Shown in pieces: positions 43,084 through 55,720 of a DNA stretch of 64,000 nt. The position numbers and the translations under genes were made by a program. Below the pieces are notes generated by a model, which was not told the DNA's origin, searched no databases, and saw nothing but the letters and a program-made list of their open reading frames with translations. The stretch is from positions 617-64,616 of the forward strand of contig JBEHWX010000015.1 of NCBI GenBank assembly GCA_048498995.1, read 5' to 3'. The DNA comes from Bacteroidota bacterium (lineage in GTDB: Bacteria; Bacteroidota; Ignavibacteria; OLB7). Positions within the stretch are counted from its first letter, which is position 1. Each line of letters starts with the position of its first letter.

Positions 43084-43629
43084 TCAGCTACCGGCCGAAA
43101 CGATCACCTTGGCGTGCCGGAGCACCTTGTCGCCGTACATATAGCCCGGCTCGATCTCGGTGATCACGGTGTTCTCCGGCGCGTCGCTCGGCTGGTTCAG
43201 GAGCGCCTCGTGCAGGTGAACGTCGAACGGCTGGCCGACGGCCTCCATCTTCTTCACCCCCAGGCTCTCCAGCACCTTGCCGATCTTGTCGGAGACCATC
43301 GAGACCCCCTTGAAGAAGGCGTCGAAATCGGTCGACTGCTCGCCGGCCTGCACCGAGCGGCGGAAATCGTCGACGATCGGCAGCAGCTGCTTCAGGAGCT
43401 TTTCGTTGGCGTACCGGATCGTCTCCCCCCGCTCCTGCTCGGCGCGACGGCGGACGTTGTCCAGGTCGGCCACGGCGCGCAGCGCGCGATCGCGCAGCTG
43501 CTGATTCTCCCGCTCCAGCTCGGCGACACGCTCCTCGAGCGAGCGCCCTCCCTGCGCGGTCTCGTTGTCGGCCAGATCCTGTCCGGACTCCTTGTCGTTC
43601 TCGTTGATCGGTATCTCCTGGTTGCTCAT
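43084..43629 (-). CDS. grpE: Nucleotide exchange factor GrpE
   Basis: Coiled-coil N-terminus (LEERVAELERENQQLRDRALRAVADLDNVRRR), C-terminal GrpE beta-domain. Confidence 0.9.
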   Translation of the reverse strand: MSNQEIPINENDKESGQDLADNETAQGGRSLEERVAELERENQQLRDRALRAVADLDNVRRRAEQERGETIRYANEKLLKQLLPIVDDFRRSVQAGEQSTDFDAFFKGVSMVSDKIGKVLESLGVKKMEAVGQPFDVHLHEALLNQPSDAPENTVITEIEPGYMYGDKVLRHAKVIVSAGS

Positions 43630-43672
43630 AATGACACTGACCCTGCTTCGATGATTGAACTGTTGTTGAGCG

Positions 43673-44746
43673 TCACCGTTCCTGGAAACTGTTGGTGATC
43701 GTCTTGGCGATATACTCCACCACGGTGATCATCTTCGAATAATTCATCCGCTTCGGCCCTATCAGGCCGATCGTGCCGCTGGTGTCGCCGATCTGGTAGC
43801 GCGTGGTGATCAGGCTGTAGTCGGCCATCCGCTCGTCGGCAAGCTCGGTGCCGATGGCCACTTCCACCCCGGCGCGTCCGGAGCCGTGCCCCTCCACCAG
43901 ATGGATGATCACCTCCTCGTTCTCCACCAGCTCCACGATCCCGCGGAACCGCTCCGGGGAGGCGAACTCCGGCTGCCGGAGAATGTTCTGCGTCGGCGAG
44001 ATATGGACGCGATCGACGTCCAGGCTGTTCGAGAAGATCTTCTCGGCCGAATCCAGGAAAATCCGTACCAGCCCCCCCGGATGCGCCTCAGCCACGTCCC
44101 GCAGACGATCCTGATAGCTCTTTCTGATCTCGCCGAGGGTGAGCCCGGCCAGGCGCTCGTTCAGGATCGCCACGATCTGATCAAGCTGATCGCGATGCAC
44201 CTCCTCGCGCACCTCGATCGTCACGGTCCGGACCTCGCCGGCCCGGGCCGAAAGCACCACCAGCAGGCGGCGCGCCCCGAGCGGGACGATCTCGATCCGC
44301 TCCAGGACGCTGGAGAGCACCTGCGGCGCGGTGACGATCCCGAGCTGGCTCGAGATGGCCCCGATCAGCCGCGAGGCCTCCTTCATCACCAGTCCGGTCG
44401 GCGCCGTCGGGTCGATGTTCCGCCGGATGGCGGTCCGCTCGGCCTGCGTCAGCTTTTCGATGTCGACCAGACAGTCCACATAGAAGCGATAGCCGCGATC
44501 GGTCGGAACGCGCCCGGCCGACGTGTGCGGGTGGGAGATGTATCCCTTCTCTTCGAGATCCGCCATGACGTTGCGGATTGTGGCAGCTGAAATCGACTCC
44601 TGATCGAACCGCTTGGAAAGATAGCGGGAGCCGACCGGATTCGCGGTCAGAATATAATACTGAACGATGTATCGGAGAACCAGTTCTTCCCGTTCGGTCA
44701 GATCGGTCGGGAGCTGATGCACGGAGGTATGTCTGCCAGGGGTCAT
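43673..44746 (-). CDS. hrcA: Heat-inducible transcription repressor HrcA
   Basis: LTEREELVLRYIVQYYILTANPVGSRYLSK winged-helix N-terminus; the rest has HrcA architecture. Start at ATG 44746 within the longer ORF. Confidence 0.85.
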   Translation of the reverse strand: MTPGRHTSVHQLPTDLTEREELVLRYIVQYYILTANPVGSRYLSKRFDQESISAATIRNVMADLEEKGYISHPHTSAGRVPTDRGYRFYVDCLVDIEKLTQAERTAIRRNIDPTAPTGLVMKEASRLIGAISSQLGIVTAPQVLSSVLERIEIVPLGARRLLVVLSARAGEVRTVTIEVREEVHRDQLDQIVAILNERLAGLTLGEIRKSYQDRLRDVAEAHPGGLVRIFLDSAEKIFSNSLDVDRVHISPTQNILRQPEFASPERFRGIVELVENEEVIIHLVEGHGSGRAGVEVAIGTELADERMADYSLITTRYQIGDTSGTIGLIGPKRMNYSKMITVVEYIAKTITNSFQER

Positions 44747-44806
44747 CACGCTTGAATGACGCGATCGCGCTCGGAAGATTTTTGTGCCCGATAAAACGCG
44801 AGAGCG

Positions 44807-44827
44807 AGGCCCGTACCACGGGCCTCG
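44807..44827 (-). terminator. Hairpin + T-run downstream of nuoN (upstream of hrcA)
   Basis: gaggcccg-tacca-cgggcctc; on the minus strand it is followed by gctctcgcgtttt. Confidence 0.4.
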
Positions 44828-44902
44828 CACCGCAAGTTCTCGAAACTGCCCGGATTCGCGGGCTCCGTCGGACGCCGAACCGGACGCCGAACGGGGCGCC
44901 GA

Positions 44903-46375
44903 TCAGCGTCCCACGTTCAGGAAGAGCTGCGGAAGAAAGCCGATCACCAGCGTGCCGACGATCGTCAGCGCCAGCGCCAGACGGGAGGCTCCGCCGGCGG
45001 CGACCACGGCGGTCGACTCCCCTTCCGGCTCCCGGAAGAACATGTTGACGATCAGCCCGAGGTAGAACCAGGCCGAGATCACCGAGGAGACCACGCCGAC
45101 GATCGCCAGCCAGGTCATGTCCGCCTCGACCGCGGCGTTGAACAGGTAGTACTTGCCGAAGAACCCGGCGAACGGCGGGATGCCGGTGAGCGAGAACATG
45201 AAGAGCGCCATCACCACCGCCAGTCCCGGACGACGGCGGCCGAGGCCGCGATAGTCGTCGATCGAGACGTTGCCGCCATTCTCCTGCTCGAGCATGCCGA
45301 CGACGGCGAAGGCGCCGAGCTGCATGAAGAGATAGGCCGCCAGGTAGTACATGATGCCGGTCCAGCCGGTCTGGTTGCCGGCGGCCACGCCGATCATCGC
45401 GTAGCCGGCATGGGCCACCGAGGAGTAGGCGAGCATCCGCTTGATGTTCGTCTGGGCGATCGCCGTGATGTTGCCGATCAGCATCGAGCCGACGGCCAGC
45501 AGCGCCAGCACCTCGTGGGCGTTCCCCATGCCGATTGCCCCCTGGTTGGAGACCACCGGGATCATCACGCCGACGAAGCCGCTGAAGGCCGCGGCCTTGC
45601 CGGCCGTGCTCATGAAGCCGGTGACCACCGTCGGCGCTCCCTGGTAGACGTCCGGCGCCCACTGATGGAACGGGAAGGCGGCGACCTTGAAGCTCAATCC
45701 GACGATCAGCAGCCCCATGCCGACCCAGAAGACGGCCGGGCCGTGGGCCAGACCGTTGGCCAGCGGAGCGCCGCTGCCAGCGGCCGCGGCCGTGGTGCCG
45801 AAGCCGAGAATGCCGCTGTAGTTCATGGTGCCGGTGGCCCCGTAGATCAGCGCCATGCCGAAGACCAGGAAGCCGGAGGCGAAGGCGCCGAGCAGGAAGT
45901 ACTTCAGCGCGGCCTCGTTCGAGGCCAGGCGACGCCGGAGGAAGCCGGACATCACGTAGAAGCAGATCGACATCACCTCGATGCCGACGAACAGGGGCAT
46001 GAAGTTGGCGCTGTGCGAGATCAGCATCATGCCGGCGATCGACATCATCAGCAGGGTGTAGAACTCGTCGTACATCCCTCCCATCCGCTCCATGTACTCG
46101 CGCGCCAGCAGGATGGTCATGATGCCGGCGGTGCAGAAGATGATGTCGAAGACATTGGCCATTCCCCCCGACGTGATCATTCCGTCGAAGCCGGACATCT
46201 TCGTGGTGAGCGTCCAGGCGGCGGCGACGATGCCGCCGATGAGACCGAGGATCGAGAGCCAGGCGCAGGCGCGCGTGCTCTTGCCGATCAGAGCGTCGAC
46301 CAGCATCACCAGAAGCGCCGCCGTGGCGACGATCTCGATCGGAAGTGCGGCTCGGATGTCTGGAGAAAGCATCAT
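44903..46375 (-). CDS. nuoN: NADH-quinone oxidoreductase subunit N
   Basis: Start MMLSPDIRAALPIEI at 46375 within a longer spurious ORF. ~14 TM helices and NuoN/ND2 conserved blocks (FKVAAFPFHQWAPDVYQGAP, MLAYSS). Confidence 0.85.
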   Translation of the reverse strand: MMLSPDIRAALPIEIVATAALLVMLVDALIGKSTRACAWLSILGLIGGIVAAAWTLTTKMSGFDGMITSGGMANVFDIIFCTAGIMTILLAREYMERMGGMYDEFYTLLMMSIAGMMLISHSANFMPLFVGIEVMSICFYVMSGFLRRRLASNEAALKYFLLGAFASGFLVFGMALIYGATGTMNYSGILGFGTTAAAAGSGAPLANGLAHGPAVFWVGMGLLIVGLSFKVAAFPFHQWAPDVYQGAPTVVTGFMSTAGKAAAFSGFVGVMIPVVSNQGAIGMGNAHEVLALLAVGSMLIGNITAIAQTNIKRMLAYSSVAHAGYAMIGVAAGNQTGWTGIMYYLAAYLFMQLGAFAVVGMLEQENGGNVSIDDYRGLGRRRPGLAVVMALFMFSLTGIPPFAGFFGKYYLFNAAVEADMTWLAIVGVVSSVISAWFYLGLIVNMFFREPEGESTAVVAAGGASRLALALTIVGTLVIGFLPQLFLNVGR

Positions 46376-47646
46376 AGGAAGAATAGAAGCCAAACGATGA
46401 TGAGAACCGGCAGAAGCATCGGGATCGAATACCGGGTCATGTAGCCGAAGAACCCGGGCATGCGTACCCCGGCATGCTCCGCAATCGATTTTACCATGAA
46501 GTTCGGGCCGTTGCCGATATAGCTCATCGCCCCGAAGAAGACCGCCGAAACCGAGATCGCCACCACGCGAAGCCCGTCTCCGGCCAGATATTCCCGCACG
46601 TGAACCGGGTCGCCGACGTTCAGGCCGGCCGATCCCATCGCCGCGGCGAGGAAGTTCAGATACGTCGGCGCATTGTCCAGAAAGCTGCTCAACGCCCCGG
46701 TCCCCCAGTAGAGCCCCCCGGGCGAATCGATCCCGAGCGAGGCCGCGTGCGCGCCGAGCCAGTCGAGCGCTGGGATCATCGTCAGGAAGATCCCGGCGAA
46801 GAGCCAGGCCACCTCCTCGATCGGGTGGAAGCTGAAGTGATTCCCCCGATGGATCTCCGGCTTCGTGCTCCGGTAGCTGACGAACGCCGCCGAGATCATC
46901 AGCGCCTCGCGCAGCAGCAGCGGCCGCTCGATGAAGACCGCCCCGATCACCACCGCCAGCAGCGCCAGGTTGTGAAGCCCGGTCACCCGCGTCGTGTCGT
47001 TCTCGGCCTCGACCTGCCGGCGCAGCTCCTCCGGCATCTTCCGGTAGCTTCGCGTGTCGAGCCCCCAGAAGACCGCCAGCAGGACCGCCGTGGCCGTGAG
47101 CCAGGGAGCGATCGCGTGCCGCGTGATCCAGAAGAACGGGATCCCCCGGATGTAGCCGAGGAACAGCGGCGGATCGCCGATCGGCGTCAGCGCCCCGCCG
47201 ACGTTCGAGATCAGAAAGATGAAAAAGATCACATGGAAGGCCGAGACCCGGTACTTGTTGTTCCGGAGATACGGCCTGATCAGGAGCATCGAGGCGCCGG
47301 TCGTCCCGAGCAGGTTCGCCAGGACGGTCCCGATGGCGAGCATCGCCACGTTCTCCCCCGGCGTCGAGCGCCCCTTGATCCGGACGTGGATGCCGCCGGC
47401 GACCACGTAGAGCGATCCGATCAGCGCGATGAAGCTCGCGTACTCCCCCACCGCGTGCACCACGCGGGAGGTCTGATCGAGGGCCACCACATACCATCCG
47501 GCGACGAAGAGCCCGAGCAGCGAGGCCACCATCCGGTAGCGCCTGCCCCACCAGTCACCCGCGATGAAGGGCATCAGCGCGATCGACAGCAGCAGGAGCG
47601 CGAACGGCAGGATGAGCCAGGGACTGACCCCCTCGCCGGCATGCAT
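46372..47646 (-). CDS. Ion-transporter-superfamily permease (ArsB/NhaD/CitMHS-like Na+/H+ antiporter or anion permease)
   Basis: 424 aa, ~11-12 TM helices, conserved block GNGPNFMV. Its stop overlaps the nuoN ATG (ATGA) and its start lies 5 nt after the nuoM stop. Confidence 0.7.
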   Translation of the reverse strand: MHAGEGVSPWLILPFALLLLSIALMPFIAGDWWGRRYRMVASLLGLFVAGWYVVALDQTSRVVHAVGEYASFIALIGSLYVVAGGIHVRIKGRSTPGENVAMLAIGTVLANLLGTTGASMLLIRPYLRNNKYRVSAFHVIFFIFLISNVGGALTPIGDPPLFLGYIRGIPFFWITRHAIAPWLTATAVLLAVFWGLDTRSYRKMPEELRRQVEAENDTTRVTGLHNLALLAVVIGAVFIERPLLLREALMISAAFVSYRSTKPEIHRGNHFSFHPIEEVAWLFAGIFLTMIPALDWLGAHAASLGIDSPGGLYWGTGALSSFLDNAPTYLNFLAAAMGSAGLNVGDPVHVREYLAGDGLRVVAISVSAVFFGAMSYIGNGPNFMVKSIAEHAGVRMPGFFGYMTRYSIPMLLPVLIIVWLLFFL

Positions 47647-47650
47647 CCGG

Positions 47651-49360
47651 TTATCGGCCGCCCTGCGGCGGAGCCGGCGCCACCTGCACGCCGCCGTTGC
47701 CCGGCATGCCCGGGGGCATTCCCTGCGGCATCCGCATGCCGCGCGGCACGCCCTGCATCCCCGGCTGCACCGTCATGCCCGGCATCGGCGGCTGCGCGCC
47801 GACCGGAGCCGCGGACGTGTCCTGCCCCAGACGGAGACGGGTCTCCATCGCGTAGCGGTTCACTCCCTTGAGCCCCTCGACCACGCCGACGATGCCCCGC
47901 GTGGAGCTCTCGGAGACCGACAGGAACGTGTTCGGGTGGAAGCCGATCCAGATGCAGAAGATCACCATCGGCACCAGCAGGCCGATCTCCAGGCCGTTCA
48001 GGTCCTTGAGGCGTCCGTTCTCCGCCTTGGTGATCGGGCCGAGGAACATCCGCTGGAAGAGAATCAGCAGATAGACCGCCGCCAGGATCACGCCGGAGGC
48101 GCCGACCACCGCGTACCACTTCGAGCCGAGGTGGCCGGAGATGAACGCGCCGAGCAGCGTCAGATACTCGCCCACGAAGCCGTTGAGCCCCGGAAGGCCG
48201 ACCGAGGCGAGCATCGCCAGCGCGAAGAAGACCGCGTAGACCGGCATCGACTTGGCCAGGCCGCCGAACTCCGACATCTCGCGGGTGTGACGGCGCTCGT
48301 AGATGTAGCCGACCAGAAGGAAGAGCATGCCGGTCGACAGACCATGGTTGACCATCTGAAGGATGGCGCCCTGCACTCCCTCGGCGGTCATCGAGAAGAT
48401 GCCGAGGACCACGAAGCCGAGGTGGGCGATCGAGGAGTAGGCGACGAGCTTCTTGATATCGGTCTGCACCATCGCCAGCAGCGCGCCGTAGATGATGCCG
48501 ATCACCGCGAGGGTCGACAGCAGATCGGCGTAATAGAGCGAGGACTGCGGGAAGAGCTGGAGATTGAAGCGGACCAGGCCGTAGGTCCCCATCTTGAGCA
48601 TCATGCCGGCCAGGATCACCGAGCCGGCCGTCGGGGCCTGCGTGTGGGCGTCAGGCAGCCAGGTATGCAGCGGGAACAGAGGCACCTTCACGCAGAAGGA
48701 GAGCGCGAAGGCCAGGAACAGCCAGCGCTGCGCCTCCAGCGGCACCGTCGGCGCGATCGTCATCAGCTTCCGGAGATCGGCGGTGAAGTGTCCGGTCTGC
48801 ACCTGGGCGTAATGTCCCAGCCAGATGATCGCCACCAGCATCAGCAGCGAGGCGGCCATCGTGTAGAGGAAGAACTTCATCGAGGCGTAGATGCGATCCT
48901 TGCCGCCCCAGATGCCGATGAGGAAGTACATCGGGATCAGGATCACTTCCCAGAACACGTAGAACAGGAACGTGTCGAGCGAGGCGAAGACGCCGATCAG
49001 GCCGAACTCCAGCAGCAGAAGCATGATGTAGTAGAGCTTCTCGCGGTCCTTGATCGCCTCCCAGCTCGAGATGATGCCGATCGGCATCATGAACGTGGAG
49101 AGGAGCACCAGCAGGAGCGACATGCCGTCCAGGCCGAAGCGGAAGCCGACGTCGAGCGTCGGGATCCAGGTCTGATCGGTGAGGAACTGAAAGGCCGGAT
49201 TCGCCTTGTCGAAGCCGAACCAGAGTCCGAGCGAGACGAGGAAGGCGATGATCGACCCGGCGGCCGACACCGTCCGGTGCGCCGCTCTGTTCTCGGCCGG
49301 AATCAGGGCCAGGATCAGCGCGGTCACCAGCGGAATGAGGAGCGTGATAACGAGGAGCAT
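47651..49360 (-). CDS. nuoM: NADH-quinone oxidoreductase subunit M with Met/Pro/Gly-rich C-terminal extension
   Basis: NuoM/ND4 blocks (WLPDAHTQAPTAGSVILAG, LVAYSSIAHLG) plus a ~70-aa tail QPPMPGMTVQPGMQGVPRGMRMPQGMPPGMPGNGG. Confidence 0.85.
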   Translation of the reverse strand: MLLVITLLIPLVTALILALIPAENRAAHRTVSAAGSIIAFLVSLGLWFGFDKANPAFQFLTDQTWIPTLDVGFRFGLDGMSLLLVLLSTFMMPIGIISSWEAIKDREKLYYIMLLLLEFGLIGVFASLDTFLFYVFWEVILIPMYFLIGIWGGKDRIYASMKFFLYTMAASLLMLVAIIWLGHYAQVQTGHFTADLRKLMTIAPTVPLEAQRWLFLAFALSFCVKVPLFPLHTWLPDAHTQAPTAGSVILAGMMLKMGTYGLVRFNLQLFPQSSLYYADLLSTLAVIGIIYGALLAMVQTDIKKLVAYSSIAHLGFVVLGIFSMTAEGVQGAILQMVNHGLSTGMLFLLVGYIYERRHTREMSEFGGLAKSMPVYAVFFALAMLASVGLPGLNGFVGEYLTLLGAFISGHLGSKWYAVVGASGVILAAVYLLILFQRMFLGPITKAENGRLKDLNGLEIGLLVPMVIFCIWIGFHPNTFLSVSESSTRGIVGVVEGLKGVNRYAMETRLRLGQDTSAAPVGAQPPMPGMTVQPGMQGVPRGMRMPQGMPPGMPGNGGVQVAPAPPQGGR

Positions 49361-49564
49361 TCCTACTCTGAATTATCCTGTGAGAATGAAGTTCCGTTCT
49401 CCGTGTCGATCCCGGCATCCGGGAGCCGCCGGCCTTGCGCCGTCGGCATCCTCTCTCTGATGCCCGCTCCCCTTCCGCCTGACATGCCGTCGGGCTCGGG
49501 GAAGCGCTCGGGAATCGAGCCGCCACGTCGCGCGCCCCGCTCGGAACGAGGGGGCGCCGGGGCA

Positions 49565-51523
<1,959 letters not shown>

Positions 51524-51562
51524 ACTCGGATGCGTTCTCGGGTAAGGTTACTCGGAAACGAG

Positions 51563-52456
51563 TTACTCGTAGACGAACTCCGCCTTCTCGAACGGAAGCT
51601 CGATGTCGGCGAAGCGGATCGTCAGATCATCCTCGACGATGATCATGGAGTTGCGCGTGACTTTCGTCCACTCGGACTTGTGGGAGGTGAATGGCTCGGA
51701 GGCGATCACCACCGCCTCGCTTCTCCCGTCGTCCGGCTTCATGTAGCAGCGATCCTCGGTGGCCACGTACTCCCTGCCGAACATATAGTAGAGGGAGGCC
51801 GGCTGCACCCGCGGGTTGGTCGTGTAGCGGGTGGCCACCAGCGAGCGGCCGTTGGAGACCACGAGGTTCAGGTAGGAATGCTCCCTGACGTCGTGCTCCA
51901 CCAGGAGGCGGTTCAGATCGGCGAACATCCCGAACATGGCGTCGACCATCTCGTCGGTCGTCACCGGACCCTCGGGGTCGCGAAGATTGTTCAGGAACAG
52001 GCCGAACAGATGCTCGGAGTCGGTCGAGCCGTGCACCGCGTCGTAGGCGGCGTCCTTCAGCTCCCGGAGCAGCGAGCGGCGAATCGTCTTGAAGCCCTGC
52101 ACCATGCCGTTGTGCATCCAGGTGAGCTTGCCGTGCACGAACGGGTGGCAGTTGACCTCCTCGACCAGCGATCCCGGCGTTGCCGCGCGGATATGCGCGA
52201 AGAGCATCGTCGTCTTCACCTTGCGCGCCAGGTAGCGGAGGTTCATGTCCGACCAGGCCGGATGCACCGAGCGGAACTGACAGGGCTCGTCGTCCAGCTC
52301 GAAATCGTACCAGCTGACGCCGAAGCCGTCACCGTTGATCGGCACCGACATCTCCTGCGCTCCCATCGACTGGCGGTCGATCAGCGAGTGCTGCGGACGG
52401 TACAGAAGATCATTGGCGAGGACGGGCTTCCCTATATAGGCAAGGAATCGGCACAT
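51563..52456 (-). CDS. Class-II (Ntn) glutamine amidotransferase family protein (YafJ/EgtC-like)
   Basis: Starts MCRFLAYIGKPV with the nucleophile Cys2, then GATase-2 fold blocks (HIRAATPG..., NCHPF). Start taken at MCRF, not the 9-aa longer ORF. Confidence 0.65.
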   Translation of the reverse strand: MCRFLAYIGKPVLANDLLYRPQHSLIDRQSMGAQEMSVPINGDGFGVSWYDFELDDEPCQFRSVHPAWSDMNLRYLARKVKTTMLFAHIRAATPGSLVEEVNCHPFVHGKLTWMHNGMVQGFKTIRRSLLRELKDAAYDAVHGSTDSEHLFGLFLNNLRDPEGPVTTDEMVDAMFGMFADLNRLLVEHDVREHSYLNLVVSNGRSLVATRYTTNPRVQPASLYYMFGREYVATEDRCYMKPDDGRSEAVVIASEPFTSHKSEWTKVTRNSMIIVEDDLTIRFADIELPFEKAEFVYE

Positions 52457-52690
52457 GGTCAACTGGGGGTTCACGATCATCGAAGAGGACTACAGACCGC
52501 GAATATACGCATGGAATCGAGACCGGAACCGTCTTGAATTATCGAGGTCGGCGCAATGGTCCGGATATGGTCGGGCGCCCCGGCGGCAATGCCCGCACCG
52601 CCACGGCCGCGCGCCATGCCCCGAACGGATCCTCGATGCTCCGGGAGACTGGGACGAAAAGGCCGGATTTCCCGGCCGTATGCCCCGATC

Positions 52691-53398
52691 TCACCCCTCC
52701 GGAGCGGGAGCGAACACCGCGTCGAACTCCTCGACGGCGGCCAGGGCCACATCCTCGAGCGCCGGCCGGAGGCCGGTTTCCCGCTCGATCGAGGTGACCG
52801 GATATTGCGAGATGCCGCAGGGAACGATGGCGGCGAAGCGATCGAGATTCGTGGTTACGTTCAGCGCGAAGCCGTGCATCGTGGTCCAGCGGGAGGCGCG
52901 CACGCCGATGGCGCAGATCTTCCCGTTCGGGGTCCAGACACCGGTGAAGCGCATCTTCTCCTCCCCCGGAACCGTGCTCTTGCGACCTGCCTCCACGCCG
53001 AAGCGGGCGATCGTCCTGATGATCCACTCCTCGATCGAGCGCATGTACCAGCCGAGATCTTCCCGGAAATCCGCCAGGCGGAGGATCGGGTAGCCGACCA
53101 GCTGCCCCGGACCATGATAGGTCACGTCGCCGCCGCGGTCGACATCGAACACCTCGTAGCCGTTGGCCTCCAGGAGCTCGCGGGGCATCAGCAGGTTCCC
53201 GTCGTCCCGGCACTCCCGTCCGAGGGTGATCACGTCCGGATGCTCGCAGAGGAGGAGCGTGTTCGGCCTGGCGCCGGACTGCACCTCGGCGAAGACCTGG
53301 CGCTGAAGCTCCCAGGCCGGACCATAGCCGATCCGGCCGAGCCATTCGGCGGTCACGCTCGTGGCCGCGCTTGCGATCTCATCGATCTCACGTTTCAT
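52691..53398 (-). CDS. lipB: Octanoyltransferase LipB
   Basis: LLLCEHPDVITLGR, YHGPGQLVGYPIL, KICAIGVR (catalytic Lys region), CGI. Start ATG at 53398 within the longer ORF; it overlaps the upstream stop (ATGA). Confidence 0.85.
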   Translation of the reverse strand: MKREIDEIASAATSVTAEWLGRIGYGPAWELQRQVFAEVQSGARPNTLLLCEHPDVITLGRECRDDGNLLMPRELLEANGYEVFDVDRGGDVTYHGPGQLVGYPILRLADFREDLGWYMRSIEEWIIRTIARFGVEAGRKSTVPGEEKMRFTGVWTPNGKICAIGVRASRWTTMHGFALNVTTNLDRFAAIVPCGISQYPVTSIERETGLRPALEDVALAAVEEFDAVFAPAPEG

Positions 53399-53865
53399 CG
53401 CGTCCCCCACTCCCAGATACCGTAGCTCACCTTCTTGTCCACCGCGTGTCCGTTGGCCTTGAGATTCTGGGCGATCTGGCCGCGGTGATGTGCCTCGTGG
53501 GCGGTCAGGTATCCGAGGAACGCGGTGACGTGCGGCTTGAATCCCTTCACCCTGCCGCCGGACGCGGCCGCATCCCGCAGCAGGTCGGCCACCGCCTGAG
53601 CGGAAGCCTCGAGCGAGGAGCGAAGCAGCTCCTTGTCGTGCACCTGCTCCGGGGTGAGCTTCACGCATCGCTCCATGAGCGCCGGCGCCGAGGCCTTGAG
53701 CCAGGCCAGCCGGACCGTGTTCAGATGCGAGAACGCCTGGCCGACGCTCATCCCCTTCGTGGGCCCGATATCGGTCAGCGCCTCGGTGGGGATGGCCTCG
53801 AGCAGGAACAGATTGATCCGGTTGTTGATCAACCAGGTGTCGGCGATCTGTTCGGCGAGCTCCAT
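53395..53865 (-). CDS. DinB/YfiT-like (DinB_2 family) putative metal-dependent protein
   Basis: 156 aa; His-containing helices HLNTVRLAWL and LTAHEAHHRGQIAQ are typical of the DinB_2 four-helix bundle. Confidence 0.55.
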   Translation of the reverse strand: MELAEQIADTWLINNRINLFLLEAIPTEALTDIGPTKGMSVGQAFSHLNTVRLAWLKASAPALMERCVKLTPEQVHDKELLRSSLEASAQAVADLLRDAAASGGRVKGFKPHVTAFLGYLTAHEAHHRGQIAQNLKANGHAVDKKVSYGIWEWGTR

Positions 53866-53940
53866 GGGTTCTCGACTCCTGACGGAACATAGAGGCCGCC
53901 GCGTCCGTGCCCGGGCGCGGCGGCCGTTCGAATCGCGACG

Positions 53941-55344
<1,404 letters not shown>

Positions 55345-55720
55345 GAGTGTAGGGAGTTGAGCTAGGTTGAAGGGGCCATCGGCCCGGTCCCGGAACAGGA
55401 GGCCGAAGGCGCCGTGAGCGTCCGTCGAGGAGCGCGCCTCCGGACCTGGCCGGAGAGCTCCGCGAGCGTGGCGCCGGAGCGGGATCGGCCGCGGCCGGCT
55501 CCGGATGAAGATCCCGCGTGGCGCGGGACGTGGATGTGGAACGACCCGGGCGCGGATAATCGCGCAAAGTTAGCGAAGAGCCCCGCCTTCGGAAAGCGTT
55601 GCGCTAAGTGTTACAGATTGAGTGGCGATCGGACCAGTGGTAACGATACGATGTGGAAAGCGCCCGCGTGACCGATGCCACGTGGGCGCCCGAGGTGAAG
55701 ATCAGCGGGATGCGTGCCGT

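Noticed and set aside
55560-55620. TTAGCG...CGCTAA inverted repeat upstream of lpd resembling CIRCE
   Set aside because: The spacer is ~26 nt instead of 9, and the arms do not match the CIRCE consensus beyond 6 nt.
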